From positions 9,486,001 through 9,550,000 of the forward strand of contig JBHGNT010000006.1 in NCBI GenBank assembly GCA_043228905.1: DNA of 64,000 nucleotides, read 5' to 3'. The translations under genes and the position numbers were made by a program. Shown one piece after another: positions 1 through 13,508 of the stretch (its first letter is position 1; each line of letters starts with the position of its first letter). The notes below the pieces were generated by a model. That model was not told the DNA's origin and did no database searches. It saw only the letters and a program-made list of their open reading frames with translations. The stretch is from Azolla caroliniana. Its lineage: Eukaryota; Plantae; Polypodiophyta.

Positions 1-3000
1 AAGTGCCACCCCTTTGCCACAGCTACCGCGAGCAAGACACGGACGGTCATCATCTTCGCGACCGACGCAAACGTCTCATCGTAGTCGATGTCGTGTTTCT
101 ACGAGTAGCCTTTTGCCACTAATCGGGCCTTGTATCGGTTGACCAAGCCGTCGGTGTTGTACTTGACCTTGTACACCCACCTACATCTGATTGGCTTCAC
201 ACCCTTCGGTGCATCAACTAGGTCCTAGGTCTCGTTTTCCGCCAATGCGTGCATCTCTTCCTCCATCACGACACGCCAATTCACGTCCTTAGCCGCTTCT
301 GCATAGCTCTCTGGCTGACGCACTTCCGCTACACGGGTCATGTACGCATAATGATGTGCCATGTGCTCGTTGTATCCGAACTGCACAACTGGGTTCTTCT
401 GGCGGGTAGATCGGCATAATTGGTCATTAGCCGATGTCGAGGTCTTCTCGGCCGACGCGGACTTCGCTCTTGAAGACCCGTCACCGCTTCCCTCGGAGTC
501 GGACTCGCATCGGTCTGACTCCTTCTTATTCGTGCCGAAATCTGACACCTTCTTCTTCCCTTTCTCTTTGCGCGTAAAATGCACGACCAAGTCTCCACTA
601 CTCGCTAGCTCTTCATCGGACTGGTCGAACCGACTCAGTCGTCCATCCGGTCCGCTTAACAGAAATGAAATCAAACTCTCTTTGGGGGTCCCGATTTCAG
701 GCTCATCCGGAGGCACCTCGGCCTCGCTGACCTCATCGTCAGAACTCGGATTGGAGGTGAGGTCCGGAGTCGCAGGCAAGTACCAAGACGTGGACTCGTC
801 AAACACAACGTCGCGGCTCACGCACACTTGTTTGGTGCAAGGGTTATAACACTTATAACCCTTTTGCTCGTCCGAGTAATCGACCAAGATACATTTCTCG
901 GCCTTTGCGTCCAGCTTTCTCTGTTTCTCCTTTGGCACATGCACATACGCAATGCTACTGAGAACTCGTAAGTGTCGCAAGTTCAGCTTCGTTCCGAAAT
1001 ATAGCTCGTGCACCGACGCTTTGTCTCCGATCCGGTTCTGGATGTATACCGTGGTCCTTACCGCCTTGGCCCAGTAGATCTTGGGCAAGTTCTTCTCCTC
1101 CAGCATTGCCCATGCCGCTTCCACAACCGACCGATTTTTCCTCTCGGCCACGCCGTTTTGCTCCGGCGTGTATCTACAACTGAATTCGCGCCGAATTCTC
1201 ATCTATTGTAGATAACCGTTGAATTGACCGGAAAAGTATTCTGACTACAAACACTTGATCTTTCTTCCTGTTTCCGTTTCCACGAACCCTTTGAGGTCCC
1301 GGAAATAGTCGAAGACTTGCTCTTCCTCTCAATGAGGTAGATCCACGTGTGCCGCGTGTAGTCGTCGATGAAGGAGACGAAATATCGGCTCCTGCCAAGA
1401 CTAACATTTTGTGCCAGCCCCGACACATCGGAGTGTATCAAGTCGAGTTTGTTCCGACTATGGTTACACTCGTTAGGGAAGGGAAGTTGGTGTTGCTTCC
1501 CAAGCTGGCAAGCTTCACAAATTTATGCCTTCCGGCCACTAAATTTGGGCAATCCAAACACCACCTGTTTCGATTGCAGGTCTTGAAGCCGCTGGTAGTT
1601 GACGTGGCCTATTCGCTTGTGCCATAAGTCGATGTCTGACTCGACTTTTTGTCCCTTCGCGAACATTGCGGTGCCACCGTCAGTAGAATCGAGGATGAAC
1701 ATCCTCCCATCTTTGCGCCCTTGCGCAATAACACGGCCTTCTTCCTCAATGAAGCACCCTAGGTGTGTAAACTGGACCTCCATCCCTTGGTCGACGATCT
1801 GTCCGACCGACACCAAGTTCTTTGTGATTGTCGGAACGTGTAGCACGTTCATGAGTTTCCCTTTCTGCCCGACATGGCTCAGGGGAACTTCTCCAACATT
1901 TGTGATCGGATGCGGAGTGTCATCTCCGGTTGCGACTACTCCCGGTTGCATCGGTTTTTCTAGCTACAAGAGCCATTCCTTATGGCTCGTCATGTGATTT
2001 GATGCGCCGGAGTCGACTTACCACACCTCGTCCGATTTCAGGGTGGTCTACTTCATTGAGTTTGCTTCGTTTCTCGTCACGAAAGCAGACCCTTTTTCGG
2101 CTTTTCGGGATCCTTCGGCGTAGTGCGATCCCTGCCCGTTTCCTTAGTCGGTATGTCCGGAACCAGATCCGGAACTTATCCTCTCCGACTCGGTGCGCTT
2201 TTTCCAGCACTCCCTCTCCTTGTGGCCTTTCCTGCCACTTTACCAGCATTTCGTGGCGGGTTTCCCTTGCCGGTTCTTATCACCTCAACTCCCCCTGTTT
2301 CCGAAGGGTCCGGAATTGCTGTCGGCAGCACTTCGGTGTCTTCTTCCTTGATCTCGTCGGCCGCCTCCATTGCGCACCGACTCGCCTCGTCCTCCAGGTC
2401 CACGGGGCCTATCTCCCTCCGTGTACATCATCTTGTTGTCGGTGTGCGTGCTCGTTGATGCACCCATGTGGTTCTCCTCTACCATGAGCATCGACTGTAA
2501 GTCGGAAAAGGACGACGTATTCTCCCGGGTACACACAACAGTTCGGAATGCCCTGAACTTCGACGCCAAACCCCTGAGACAGACCTGGACCATCTCGCTT
2601 TCCTCGATGTTCACATCGATGGAAGCTAAGGAGTAGCATATGTCCTTGATCTTCGAGGTATAGTCAGCCACTGACAAATCGCGTTGTCGTAGGTTGCTCA
2701 ACTCCTGTCGGAGCTGAAGCTTCTTGGTTGTGGTGCTCACGGCGAAGATCTTCTTCAGATTTTCCCATGCACCCTTCGGCGTTTTTGCATCCTGAACGTA
2801 TCTTAATAGCTATTCGCCCACACACGACACGAAACAGTACAACACTCTACTAGCCGATTGTTCCCACACCGGGAAATCTTTGTGTGTCGATTCGGGTGCT
2901 GTGTCATTTGCTCCATCGACATAGCTCCAGTAACCGTGCCCAAGCAGGTACTGGTGCGTACTTGGTTTTGTCAAGCTTCTTCGTCGGAAGTGAGCTAGCC

Positions 3001-3086
3001 ATGCCTCTATCCATCAGTTTTACCTGTTCTTCTCGGTTGGTTTTTCTTTTCAAGCTATGTCGGCTGCAGAGGTTCTCAACCCTCAC

Positions 3087-3098
3087 GCTCTGATACCA
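3087..3098 (-). promoter_or_regulatory. Primer binding site (tRNA-iMet) TGGTATCAGAGC
   Basis: gctctgatacca on + strand directly abutting the LTR. Confidence 0.95.
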
Positions 3099-3676
3099 TG
3101 TGAAAGATTATGTGCAGAAGCAATAGAAAAAATGAACACAAAGAAAATACGAAGGTTTAATGGAGAGCTTGAATATACACAGTACGCGGGAGAGACAGAG
3201 AGAGAAGACACAGAACTAAATTCAAAAATAATACTCAATTTGTACATACATCGTGCTCAGTGAGCACCTTTTATACAAGCCCTAACAATCGGGCTGACAC
3301 AAGTACTGACAGTACTTGACTGCTCATAAATGAGCCTCGACACTCACTCCCAAAATTATTCCTTTACGAGGAATATCTCTCTAATGGCCTTTCGGTTTAT
3401 GCAAGCCCTAACAATCGGGCTGACACAAGTACTGACAGTAATTGACTGCTCATAAATGAGCCTCGACACTCACTCCCAAAATTATTCCTTTACGAGGAAT
3501 ATCTCTCTAACGGCCTTTTGGTTTATGCACCGATACGACCTCTCGTTACGCACTGGTTTGCGTACCGGTTTACGCATCCGTTTTACGCACCGGTCCGGCC
3601 TAACCGATCGGTCCCAACCAATCCAGTCCTTGGCTTGCTCAGCCGATCCGGCCGATGTTGAGCTTCTCTCTCAACA
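3099..3676 (-). repeat. 5' LTR of family A copy 1 (TG...CA), with an internal 126-bp tandem duplication
   Basis: TG/CA termini; adjacent to PBS; similar to the LTR at 61388-61773; repeat units start at 3276 and 3402. Confidence 0.9.
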
Positions 3677-4510
3677 TGTATCAACTAAAAATTAAGCAAG
3701 AAGTAAGAAGCAAGAAAATCTAGTTCAAATCCTCTCTATGTGCATTTCACAATATCTAAAGGATAGCTTTTGAATTTCCATAGGATAGCATATTTAGTTT
3801 TTGAGTTTCTAATATAAAAGGTAGACATACATATAGGTTCCTCTCTATTTACTATGATTAGGATCATTTTGTTTTAGGACACCCATATGAATTCCTTTGG
3901 AAACCTTGCTCATAACTTCTCTATCTATCCTCTGCTCATCACATTGGTTGTATTCATGTATTTAGACTCACATTTGCCTTTTGGGGCTTTGAAATTGACG
4001 TGGATAGGATGTGAAAGTGATTTGTATTGCTTATGGTTCCTGTATTTCTCTTAAACCAAATTTGAACAAGTCTTTCCAATAATGACCCTTGAAGGCATCC
4101 ATGAGTGGAAATAATATGGACCTACAAAGCAAAATAATCATAACGTCTCTTCATTTAATATCCAAATTTAGAAAGAAAATATTCATTAAAAAACTTACAA
4201 TTCCAACTTTCCAAAAATATCTTGTATGTCAAAATTGAAGCTATAGACAAAAAATAGTGTTGAAAAAAGTATATTAATGTCAAAAGAAGATAACTATCTC
4301 TATATCTAGGATACATTATAAAAATCTTGAACACCTCACATAGACCAAACCTATTGATGATGCCACATGGGAACGTGAGCATATACTCTTAAGGCACAGG
4401 TTCGTCACTTTATCTTGCAAGAGTGCAATCTTTTGAAGTAGGGGAATATATTATGCACACATAACATTGGTGAAGGTAATATTTACATAAGTGAAGGGTA
4501 TGTTCACAAA

Positions 4511-4900
4511 TGTTAGAAAGAGACTAATGTGATTGGATAGAAAGAATGATAGGTGCATGCACTATCATGATCTTGACAACCAATGAATGGAGAGCCTTTT
4601 AGAAAGGCACATCTATTCAAGGGGCCTAGGAAGAGGTATAAATATGAGACTTAGCTACCCTCATAAGACACATTACGTGAGAAGACCACCGTCTTAAGAC
4701 ACCGGTGGTGCGGGTTAGGGTTTCGTTATCTCTTCCAAGGTATTAGGCATGGGACATTGGTGGTAGGTTGGCTATATCTTGATCATAGCTCGGGGGTAGT
4801 CGGATGGAACAGGTTCTTCTATCCAATTTATTTACCTTATTTTACTTTATTGGTCTATTGATTAGTAATAAATTCTTAAGAGATAGATTATCACGAACGC
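4511..4900 (+). repeat. Possible degenerate LTR fragment of an unassigned family
   Basis: Starts TGTTAG, TATAAAT near 4638, AATAAA near 4867; no TSD or partner found. Confidence 0.3.
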
Positions 4901-7327
4901 AACCAAAAACTTGTAAATAGGAGGGAATTCTTAGAGATTTTAGGAGGAGCAAAAAGAAGAAAGATTGAATTTAGAAAAAGTGAGACAATAAGAGACTAAG
5001 TAGAAGGAAGAAAGAGAAGGACGAGTGGCTATTATGAATTAAGATGATATTAGTTATTTGTTGTATGGTTATGTTATGATATAAGGAGTTTGAATTTGTT
5101 GCTCAACAAATTTTGCTCTAAAGTTTTATTACTTGAAATTTGATAGCTTTTGCAATCGTAAAATAGGAGTTTATAGGAGACTTTCTTGTCGTTCTTGTTC
5201 GTGATTTTTTTTAACAAAGAAGTGAGTGGCAAGCGAACAAGTGATTGTTGTGGCTCGCACAAAAAGTGCAGAACCGCTTGTTCCACTTTGAGACAAGCAT
5301 GTACTTCTTGAGGAGGACAACATGTACTTCTTGAGGAGGAGATAGTCCGACTAGGCAATGGGCAGGAGTGCAAAATAGCAGGGACCGGAGAGGTTCCCAT
5401 CCAATTACCAAACGACAACACAATAACCTTGCACCGAGTTCGACACATACTTGATTTGAAAGGAGTCTGGTCTCCATCGGCATGCTAGCCAAAGACGGGT
5501 ACAAAACGAATCTAAGTGAGTCAGTATGGATGATCAGTCAGGGAAACCTGAAGATAGGAGGCGGACACAAGTACAATAACTTCTACCCATTAATGGGGAT
5601 CAATCTAGAAGGGGCCGTGAATGTAGCCAAAAAGACCAACCCAAACCTATGGCATGGCCGACTCAGCCATATGTCTCAAGCCAAACTCGATTGGCTGATG
5701 GCGGTCCGCTACATCCCTAAACTCCAAGCAAAGACAAAATTTTGTGAGCATTGTCGATACGGGAAACATACCCTAAACTCCACTACGAGACGGTACAACA
5801 TCCCCTAGAGCTCGTGCACACAGATATATGTGGGCCCATGCCAGGGCGATCACTAAGAGGCTCCCGATACTTCATCACCTTTGTAGATGATTGTATATGG
5901 AGAGTCTGAGCCTACTCAATCAGGTCCAAAGAAGAAGCGCTGGAGGTCTTCACACGCTGGATATCTGAAGTGGAGAACCGGTCGAGATACAGAGTGAAGA
6001 CACTCAAATCTGACAATGGATGTGAGTACACCTCTAGAGCCTTCAAACAGTACCAGTCCAACAAAGGGATCCGACATCAAAAGATCGTTCCTTACACACC
6101 AATGCAGAATGGAGTGGCAGAAAGGATCAACCAAATGATCTAGGGGAGGGTGACGACAATGCTCCAGCAAGCCAGATTGAAGCTGGAATTCTGGGCTGAA
6201 GCATTCTAGACGGTAGTATACTTGGTAAATCTATGACCATTGAAGGCAATCAAGCTCAAAGTGCCATAGGCACTATAGTCAAGCAAACAACCAACCTACG
6301 ATAGGCTCCGTATATTCGAATGTCAAGCCTATGCGTTCATCCCTAGGGATAAAATGACAAAATTGGCACCCCATGCAACGAAATGCATATTTCTCGGTTA
6401 TGGAACCGATGGGGAATTTGGCTAAAGGCTATGGAACCCTGAGAACTGGAAACTGATCCGAAGTTGTGACGTAGTCTTCAATGAAGACTCTATCTTCTCT
6501 CAACAGAACCAGCAGAGAACAGTTGGTAAGAAGGTATCCTTTGAAGACGATAGAGTTGTCATAGAGGAATGGACCCACCAAGCCGAATCAGAGATTCAAC
6601 AAACAGTCGAACTCGACCAAGCTGACAACATACCTGCTGGCTTCGAATCGGTAGGAGGTCCACTAGTTAAACTCGAAGACAAAACCATCAAAGACAGAGC
6701 CCATTCGACAAGAGTCGAGGCAGACAAAGTCAAGAAGATGCGAGTAGGAAAAAGAATCGAGTCGACAAAGTCCGTAGGGGAGGACAACGTGACACCACCG
6801 AAATCCCAACTTGGGGATGGGTCACCTAACATGACTCCTGACACAAATGGTTCAACAAATACTGATTGCCCAAATGAGTTGATCGAAGAATCAGAACCAC
6901 TTATCTCGGCACCCAGGAGATCTGGACGAGCTTGAAGGCCAACAAAAATTTTTCAACCGGGCCTCGACTACGTCAATTACACCGATGCAGAAAAACCAAG
7001 CATTTATGAGGAAGCTATGACAGCAATGGACGCCGAAACATGGCTACAAGCCATGAAATCCGAAATGGACTTGATTCACAAGAATAAGACATGGGAGTTG
7101 GTCGAACTACCAGCTAGGAAGAAGGCACTACCCTATAAATGGGTTTTTCAATACAAATATGTATCCAACTTAGAAAAACCCAAGTACAAAGCTCGGCTCA
7201 TCGAAGGGATTCAAACAAGAATACGGGGTTTACTACGACGAGATATTCTCACCAATAGTCAAGAGGACCACCCTCCGACTCCTACTAGGAGTTGTAGCGA
7301 CAGAAGACATGGAGCCAACTCATGGAC

Positions 7328-7476
7328 CGTGTTGTAAAAAAGCAGACTTTGCAAAAATAGTTGAAAAAACAAAACTATGAAAGGAAGAAACGCTCATATG
7401 TTTACACAGTATGAAGAGAGAATACAGATAAAAGAAACTGAATGTATCCATTACGGGTACAGACCTTTGCGAGAAA
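7328..7476. other. About 150-bp AT-rich insertion inside the RT of family B
   Basis: Interrupts the DMEL.QMDVK motif; flanked by ATGGAC at 7322-7327 and 7477-7482. Confidence 0.65.
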
Positions 7477-8157
7477 ATGGACGTAAAGACGACATTCCTA
7501 CACGGAAATCTGGAAGAAGACATTTACATGTCTCAACCGGTAGGCTTCACAGCGACAGGGGAGGAAACTCACCTCGTATGTCGATTGAAGAAAAGCCTCT
7601 ATGACTTGAAACAAGCATCGAGGATGTGGTACCAAAAGTTTGACTCCTACATCAGTCAACCTGGATACCACCGATCTGACTCCAACCGATGTATGTATAT
7701 TTGGCAACTGGCCGACGAGTCTAGGATTTATCTGATCCTATACGTCAACGACATGTTGATTGCAGGAAGCAATCAAGTAGAGATCGGAAAGCTGAAGCGG
7801 AGCCTTCACGACAAGTTCACGATGAAGGAACTCGGACAAGCCCGTCACATATTGGGCATGAGGATCGAGCGAAATCGGACGACCAAGACTCTCTGACTCT
7901 CCGAGCCCGACTATATCCGGAAGGTGCTTAAGCACTTCAATATGGAGAATGTGAAGCCAACACCAACACCGCTTCCGACATTGATCAGACTATCGGACAA
8001 AGACTCTCCTTCAACGGATAAGGAGAGAGAGCCTAATGGAAAGATGCCCTACGCATTGGCCGTAGGAAGTATCATGTACGCAATGGTGGTGACCCGACCC
8101 GACCTAGCCTATCCCATAGGAGTGGTCAGCTGGTACATGTTAAACCCAAGACGGAAG

Positions 8158-8463
8158 TGTCGAATACGATTCTATAATGGCCGTATTCACACTGTCCTTT
8201 GGACAGCCCAAGTTTGGGCTATTTCTGTATATAGCATAAAGGGCAGTTGCCCTAGGATAGTCACTATATAAAGTGACTTTGTAACCTTTAGCAAAGGTTG
8301 GTTGTCATTTTGTAACTATTGCTATTAAGAAATAAAACGTTTCTTTGTGCCTATATATATATATCTCTCTCTCTATGTGTGTATCTTGTTCACTCTCATA
8401 CGCAGGTCCTTCAACATTACAGATGATGTTTGTTCTTCCACACTAACGACCTTGTCCCCAACA
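8158..8463 (+). repeat. 5' LTR of element C
   Basis: TGTCGAATACG...CCCAACA, followed by tt and TGGTATCAGAGC. Confidence 0.95.
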
Positions 8464-9059
8464 TTTGGTATCAGAGCGTTGGAGGTTCTTCAACCCGCTG
8501 CCAACTGTCATAGTACACCACACAACACTCTGTTTCTGTTTTTTCTTGAAGAACAGAGAAGAGAGAAGACAAACAAGAAGTTTGCATCTCACTGTGTTAA
8601 ATCACTAATTGGAGTAAGTTAGCCGGATGTACTCTGTTCCTGTGATTGTAACCACTTGAGGTGAGCTCCTTGTGCAACACTCGACCCAATCGTGCTTCAT
8701 TTGGTTAAACAATATCCGAATAGGTCACCAAATGTTATTCACCCGCTTGTTGTAACCACCCGCTGCAGATTGGTCTCCAGGCAATAACCAAATTCTTGCT
8801 TCATTCGGCTGATCGACATTCGGGAGGATCAGTTGGATCCGTCCCTCTCATCGTTGCAGTCATCCGAAGCAGAATCGGCCTAAACAATCCGTTTCTTGTG
8901 ATCGGTATTCGGCATAAAATTGGAAGCTAACCGGAGTCACTCCAAGAAGGTTCAACAAACAAGTATCCGAAGACAAACTGACTCGGGTTCAAGACCGACG
9001 AGAATGATATCAGGTGAGCCGGCGGGCTGCACCCAACTAAGGTTCCTAGTCCACTCCGA

Positions 9060-12000
9060 ACAGAGTCTTACCAACAGAGTCTCTTCTTGGGAAACTTTCG
9101 TCACAACCGTGTGCAATGCTTCAACAACTGCCATTAAGTAATCTGAAATTATGAGCTCAATCCTGACTGAAGCAGCTCGGACAAAGTCTTTCGCCAAAGA
9201 CTCGGCAGATGAAACTTACGTAGTACAAGGTTCGACCAACCGATCCAACAACCGGGGAAGAAGTTCTTCCCGACCGCCGAACAATCAGCGAAGCCGGAGC
9301 AAGTCCCAGGACAACCGAATTTGCAACTACTGCAGGAAACTGGGACACATCAAAGCCGACTATCAGGCACTTAAAGCAAAAACCAACAAAGCTCAGAGAG
9401 CGGATTAGAAGAGTAGCCGACATGAGGAGGTCAACTACGTCGGCTCTTCAGCCGAAATTTTGACGACCAACCCGAACATACTGTCCATAGAGAACCCAGT
9501 CGAATCAGAAGTTCTGCTTGCGATTGAGGAATTGAGCACATGGCTCCTAGACGCGGGCGCATCGTATCATGTGACACCTCACCGATCTCAGATTCGGCGA
9601 TACTCGGACCGGCACTCTGACTCAGTTCGAGTCAGGAACTCGCAACACTGTACCCTAATCAGAATCGGCACCATAGAGCTCAACTTTTCGGGTGGCTCTA
9701 CACTCGTACTACATAACGTCCGACACGTTCCTGAGCTTTCAAGTTCCTTGATCTCAGTCGGACAACTTGACGAAGCCGGCATCCGTGCCAGGTTCTCATC
9801 TGGAGGGTGGACACTCCACAAAGCGAACCTCCTACTTGCTCGAGGACCAAAGGTACACTCTTTGTACCCTCTATATGTCACACTCAAAGAGGGTGACTTA
9901 GTTTTGGTTGATATCCCCGTGTCATTGTTATGGCATGAATGACTTGGACACCTCGGCAAGGCCGGCATAATGCACCTATCCAAAGCCGTTTACATCCCCA
10001 AGATCTCCTTCTCGGATCACCAATTCTGCGAGCATTGCCAATATGGCAAACAGGTAGCCGCATCACACCCGACATCAACACCAAGAGAATCGAGTCCCCT
10101 CAATTTGGTCCACTCGAACGTCTGTGGCCCGATGCCACATCAGTCTCTCGGCGGTGCTTCGTACTTCGTCAGTTTTATTGACGACTCGACTCAGAAGGTG
10201 TGGGCTTACCCCATTAGAACCAAAGATCGAGTGTTCTCGATCTTCTCCAAATGGCTTGCAATGGTCGAAAACCAGACCGGTCGGAAACTAAAATGTCTCC
10301 GAACCGATAATAGAGGAGAATTCAAGTCTAACCAATTCGTCAAATTTTGTTAGGAACGCGGCATTCGACGTGAATATACGACACCCTATAGTCCGAAGCA
10401 GAATGGAATTGTTGAATGCATGAATCAGACGATTCAAGAACGCATAGTATCCATGCTCCAACACTCCGGACTATCGGATGGCTTCTGGGCAGAGGCTCTA
10501 TTTACGGCAGTACACATAATAAATATGTCGCCAAGTAGACCTCTAGGACTTAAAATACCTCAGGAAACATGGACCGGCAGTAAACCGAATTATGACAAGC
10601 TGAGGATCTTTGGCTGCAAGGCATATGCCCTCATACCGAAAGACGACCGCCGGAAACTCGAACCAAGATCAAGGAAATGCATTTTCCTTGGATATGGACC
10701 CGACGGCGAGATCGGATACCGACTCTGGGACCCCGAGCACAGACAAATCGTTCGAAGTTCGGACGTCGTGTTCAACGAGTAGGCTATGCATAAAACGGCT
10801 GAAAGGCCTATTGAAGTCTAAAGGGTAATATTTTCTGAAGTGCCAACCGTTCATGAAGGCCCAACCCACAACACGAGATCGGTTTCACGGGTAACCAACA
10901 ACTCTCGTCCTGAATCCACAGATTCAACACAACCAAATGGCTCGGCTTCTGACCATCCGACACCTATACCCGGTGCGACCAGTCCAATCATACCTCGAAG
11001 ATCCGAGAGACTGTTGCAACCTCCGGAAAGGTAGTCTCCCGGAATTTTCTTTACCGACGCCGACGAACTAACGTCTTACGAAGAAGCATCAGCATCTACC
11101 GACTCAGCCACCTGGCATCTGGTGATGGAGTCAGAAATGCACTCCATTCGCGCAAACAAGACTTGGGACTTGGTTGAATTACCGAAGAATCGACGTGCTC
11201 TTTCGTGTAAGTGGGTCTATCGACTAAAAGAGACGTCCGAATCGACCAACCCAAAGTACATGGCCAGATTAGTTGCGAAGGGATTTCGATAAGAATATGA
11301 CGTTTCACCAATGGTGAAAATGACAACCCTTCGTTTCATGCTTGGCGTTGTGGCCGCCGACAACTTGGAGCTAATTCAACTAGATGTAAAAACGATATTC
11401 CTCCACGGTGACCTACAGGAGGAAATCTATATGGAGCAGCCGAAAGGCTTTGTGGCATCGGGCCAAGAACATCTAGTCTGCCGACTTAGGAAGAGTTTAT
11501 ACGGCCTGAAGCAAGCACCCCGACAGTGGTATAAGAAGTTCAACGACTTCATCCAGTCGGTCAGCTTCTCCAAGAGCGATGAGGACCACTGTCTCTTCAC
11601 CAAAACAGCTCAAGACGGGTCTCCCGTCTTCCTCATCATTTATGTGGACGACATGCTACTCTCCGGCTGACATGCCGGAGAGCTCACTCGTTCGGAAACT
11701 ATAGTTGAAGTTTGCCATGAAGGACCTCGGTCCGGCAAGACACATACTTGGTATGAAGATTAGTCGGCATCGCGATAAAAGACAACTTTTTTTATCTCAA
11801 ACGGACTACATCGGACGTGTCTTGGAACGCTTCAACATGCACTCGGCCAAGTCTGCTTCGACCCTGCTCCCCATTAACCTTCAGCTGTCTCAACGAGACT
11901 GCCCGACATCCGGTCTGGAGGGGGAAGATATGAATTCGGTACCGTATGCACCAGCAGTCGGTGCCCTTATGTACGCGATGGTCGCGACACGGCCTGATAT

Positions 12001-12619
12001 TTCTCATGCCGTAGGAGTTGTCAACAGATTCATGCACAACCTAGGCCGATCGCACTGGAACGCAGTCAAGCATGTGTTGAGATATCTAGCTGGCACAAAA
12101 GACCACGTCATTCTTTTTGTCCCGAACTCAACGTCAGGCGTAGTCAGTTACACTGACTTGGACTTCGCCGGCTTCGTGGACAGTCGGAAATCAACAACCG
12201 GATATTGTTTCAAATTCGGCAATGAAGCAATCTCGTGGAAGTCAAAACTTCAGGAGTGCACAACCACCTCAACGACCGAAGCGGAATATGTAGTTGCGTC
12301 CGACACAACAAAAGAAGCTTTATGGCTCGGTCGGCTCGTACACACGTTTCGACAAGTCGACCTCGACTCGGCTCTAGTTGTCTACAGCGACAGTCAGGGT
12401 GCTATTGCTTTGTCAAAAAATCCGGTTCACCACAACACCTCCAAGCATATCGACGTTCGATATCACTTTGTTCGGGATTGCGTCATTTTAGGGAAAATCG
12501 GTCTCGAGAAGATATCCACAACCGATAATGTCGCAGATGGAATGACCAAGTGTCTTTCGATGGATTGCTTTTGGTCCCTTCGGCACCAGATGGGCGTAAT
12601 GAAAGATCGGTCCGGTTAA
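9060..12619 (+). pseudogene. pol: Disrupted gag-pol of element C
   Basis: ORF fragments 9151-9408, 9460-9942, 9970-10353, 10420-10782, 11311-11670 and 11705-12619 carry copia domains separated by stops and frameshifts. Confidence 0.9.
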
Positions 12620-12817
12620 AAAAGTCGAACACATAGCACAGGATGGTTTCGGACAACCGACATCGGTTCTTTGAGGATCGGCTTTAGCTTCTCCGACCCG
12701 ACCGGTTCGGTCTTTTGTCTTCAGATCTTGTCGACTCAAACAAAACCAATCTGTCCAATAAACCTTGTATATACCTGTAATTTAAGATAACCCATGTATA
12801 CACCCATTACGGGGGAG

Positions 12818-13117
12818 TGTCGAATACGAGTGTATAATGGCCGTATTCACACTGTCCTTTGGACAACCCAAGTTTGGGCTATTTTTGTAAATAACATAAA
12901 GGGCAGTTGCCCTAGGATAGTCACTATATAAAGTGACTTTGTAACCTTTAGCAAAGGTTGGTTGTCATTTTGTAACTGTTGCTAATAAGAAATAAAACGT
13001 TTCTTTTTGCCTATCTGTGTGTGTGTGTGTGTGTGTATCTTGTTCACTCTCATACATAGGTCCTTCAACATCACAGATGTTGTTTGTTCTTCCGCATTGA
13101 CGACCTTGTCCCCAATA
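12818..13117 (+). repeat. 3' LTR of element C
   Basis: Follows PPT GGGGGAG; near copy of 8158-8463; terminal CA mutated to TA. Confidence 0.95.
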
Positions 13118-13508
13118 GGAAGCATTGGGAGGCCGCCAAGCACATCCTTAGGTATTTGAGAGGAACCATGGATGCACAACTGACTTTCGGACTGACAACC
13201 TCAGCCAAAGTTGAAGGCTACACCGATTCTGACTATGCCGGGAACACATGCAATTGGAAATCGACATCAAGTTACATCTTCACCTATGGTGGTGGTGCGA
13301 TATCATGGAGGTCGAAACTTCAAGAGTGCACGGCTCTGTCGACCACAGAAGCCGAGTACATAGCAACATTAGAGGCAGTGAAGGAAGTGATCTGGCTGCA
13401 TCGATTGTCTGTCGACTTCTCAGCTATAAGCCAAACCGACCGACCATCGATGACCATCTATTGCGACTCACAGAGCGCAATTCGCCTCATTAACAATCCC
13501 CTCTATCA

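Larger units (their letters stand above)
1..3676 (-). mobile_element. Ty1/copia LTR retrotransposon, family A copy 1, degraded; 3' part runs off the window start
   Basis: Minus-strand gag (MDRGMASSLP..KL; LQLRQELSNLRQ), protease/GAG-pre-integrase (LWHKRIGHVN), integrase (YTPEQNGVAERKNR) and RT start, in copia order with frameshifts; PBS and 5' LTR at the right end. Confidence 0.95.
8158..13117 (+). mobile_element. Ty1/copia family C with both LTRs, degraded, nested in the RT/RNase H junction of B
   Basis: LTRs 8158-8463 and 12818-13117; TSD GGAAG at 8153-8157 and 13118-13122; PBS 8466-8477; PPT ending 12817; CCHC knuckle, protease (WLLDAGAS), integrase, RT (YVDDML), RNase H; N-terminal gag appears deleted near 9060. 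Confidence 0.97.
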
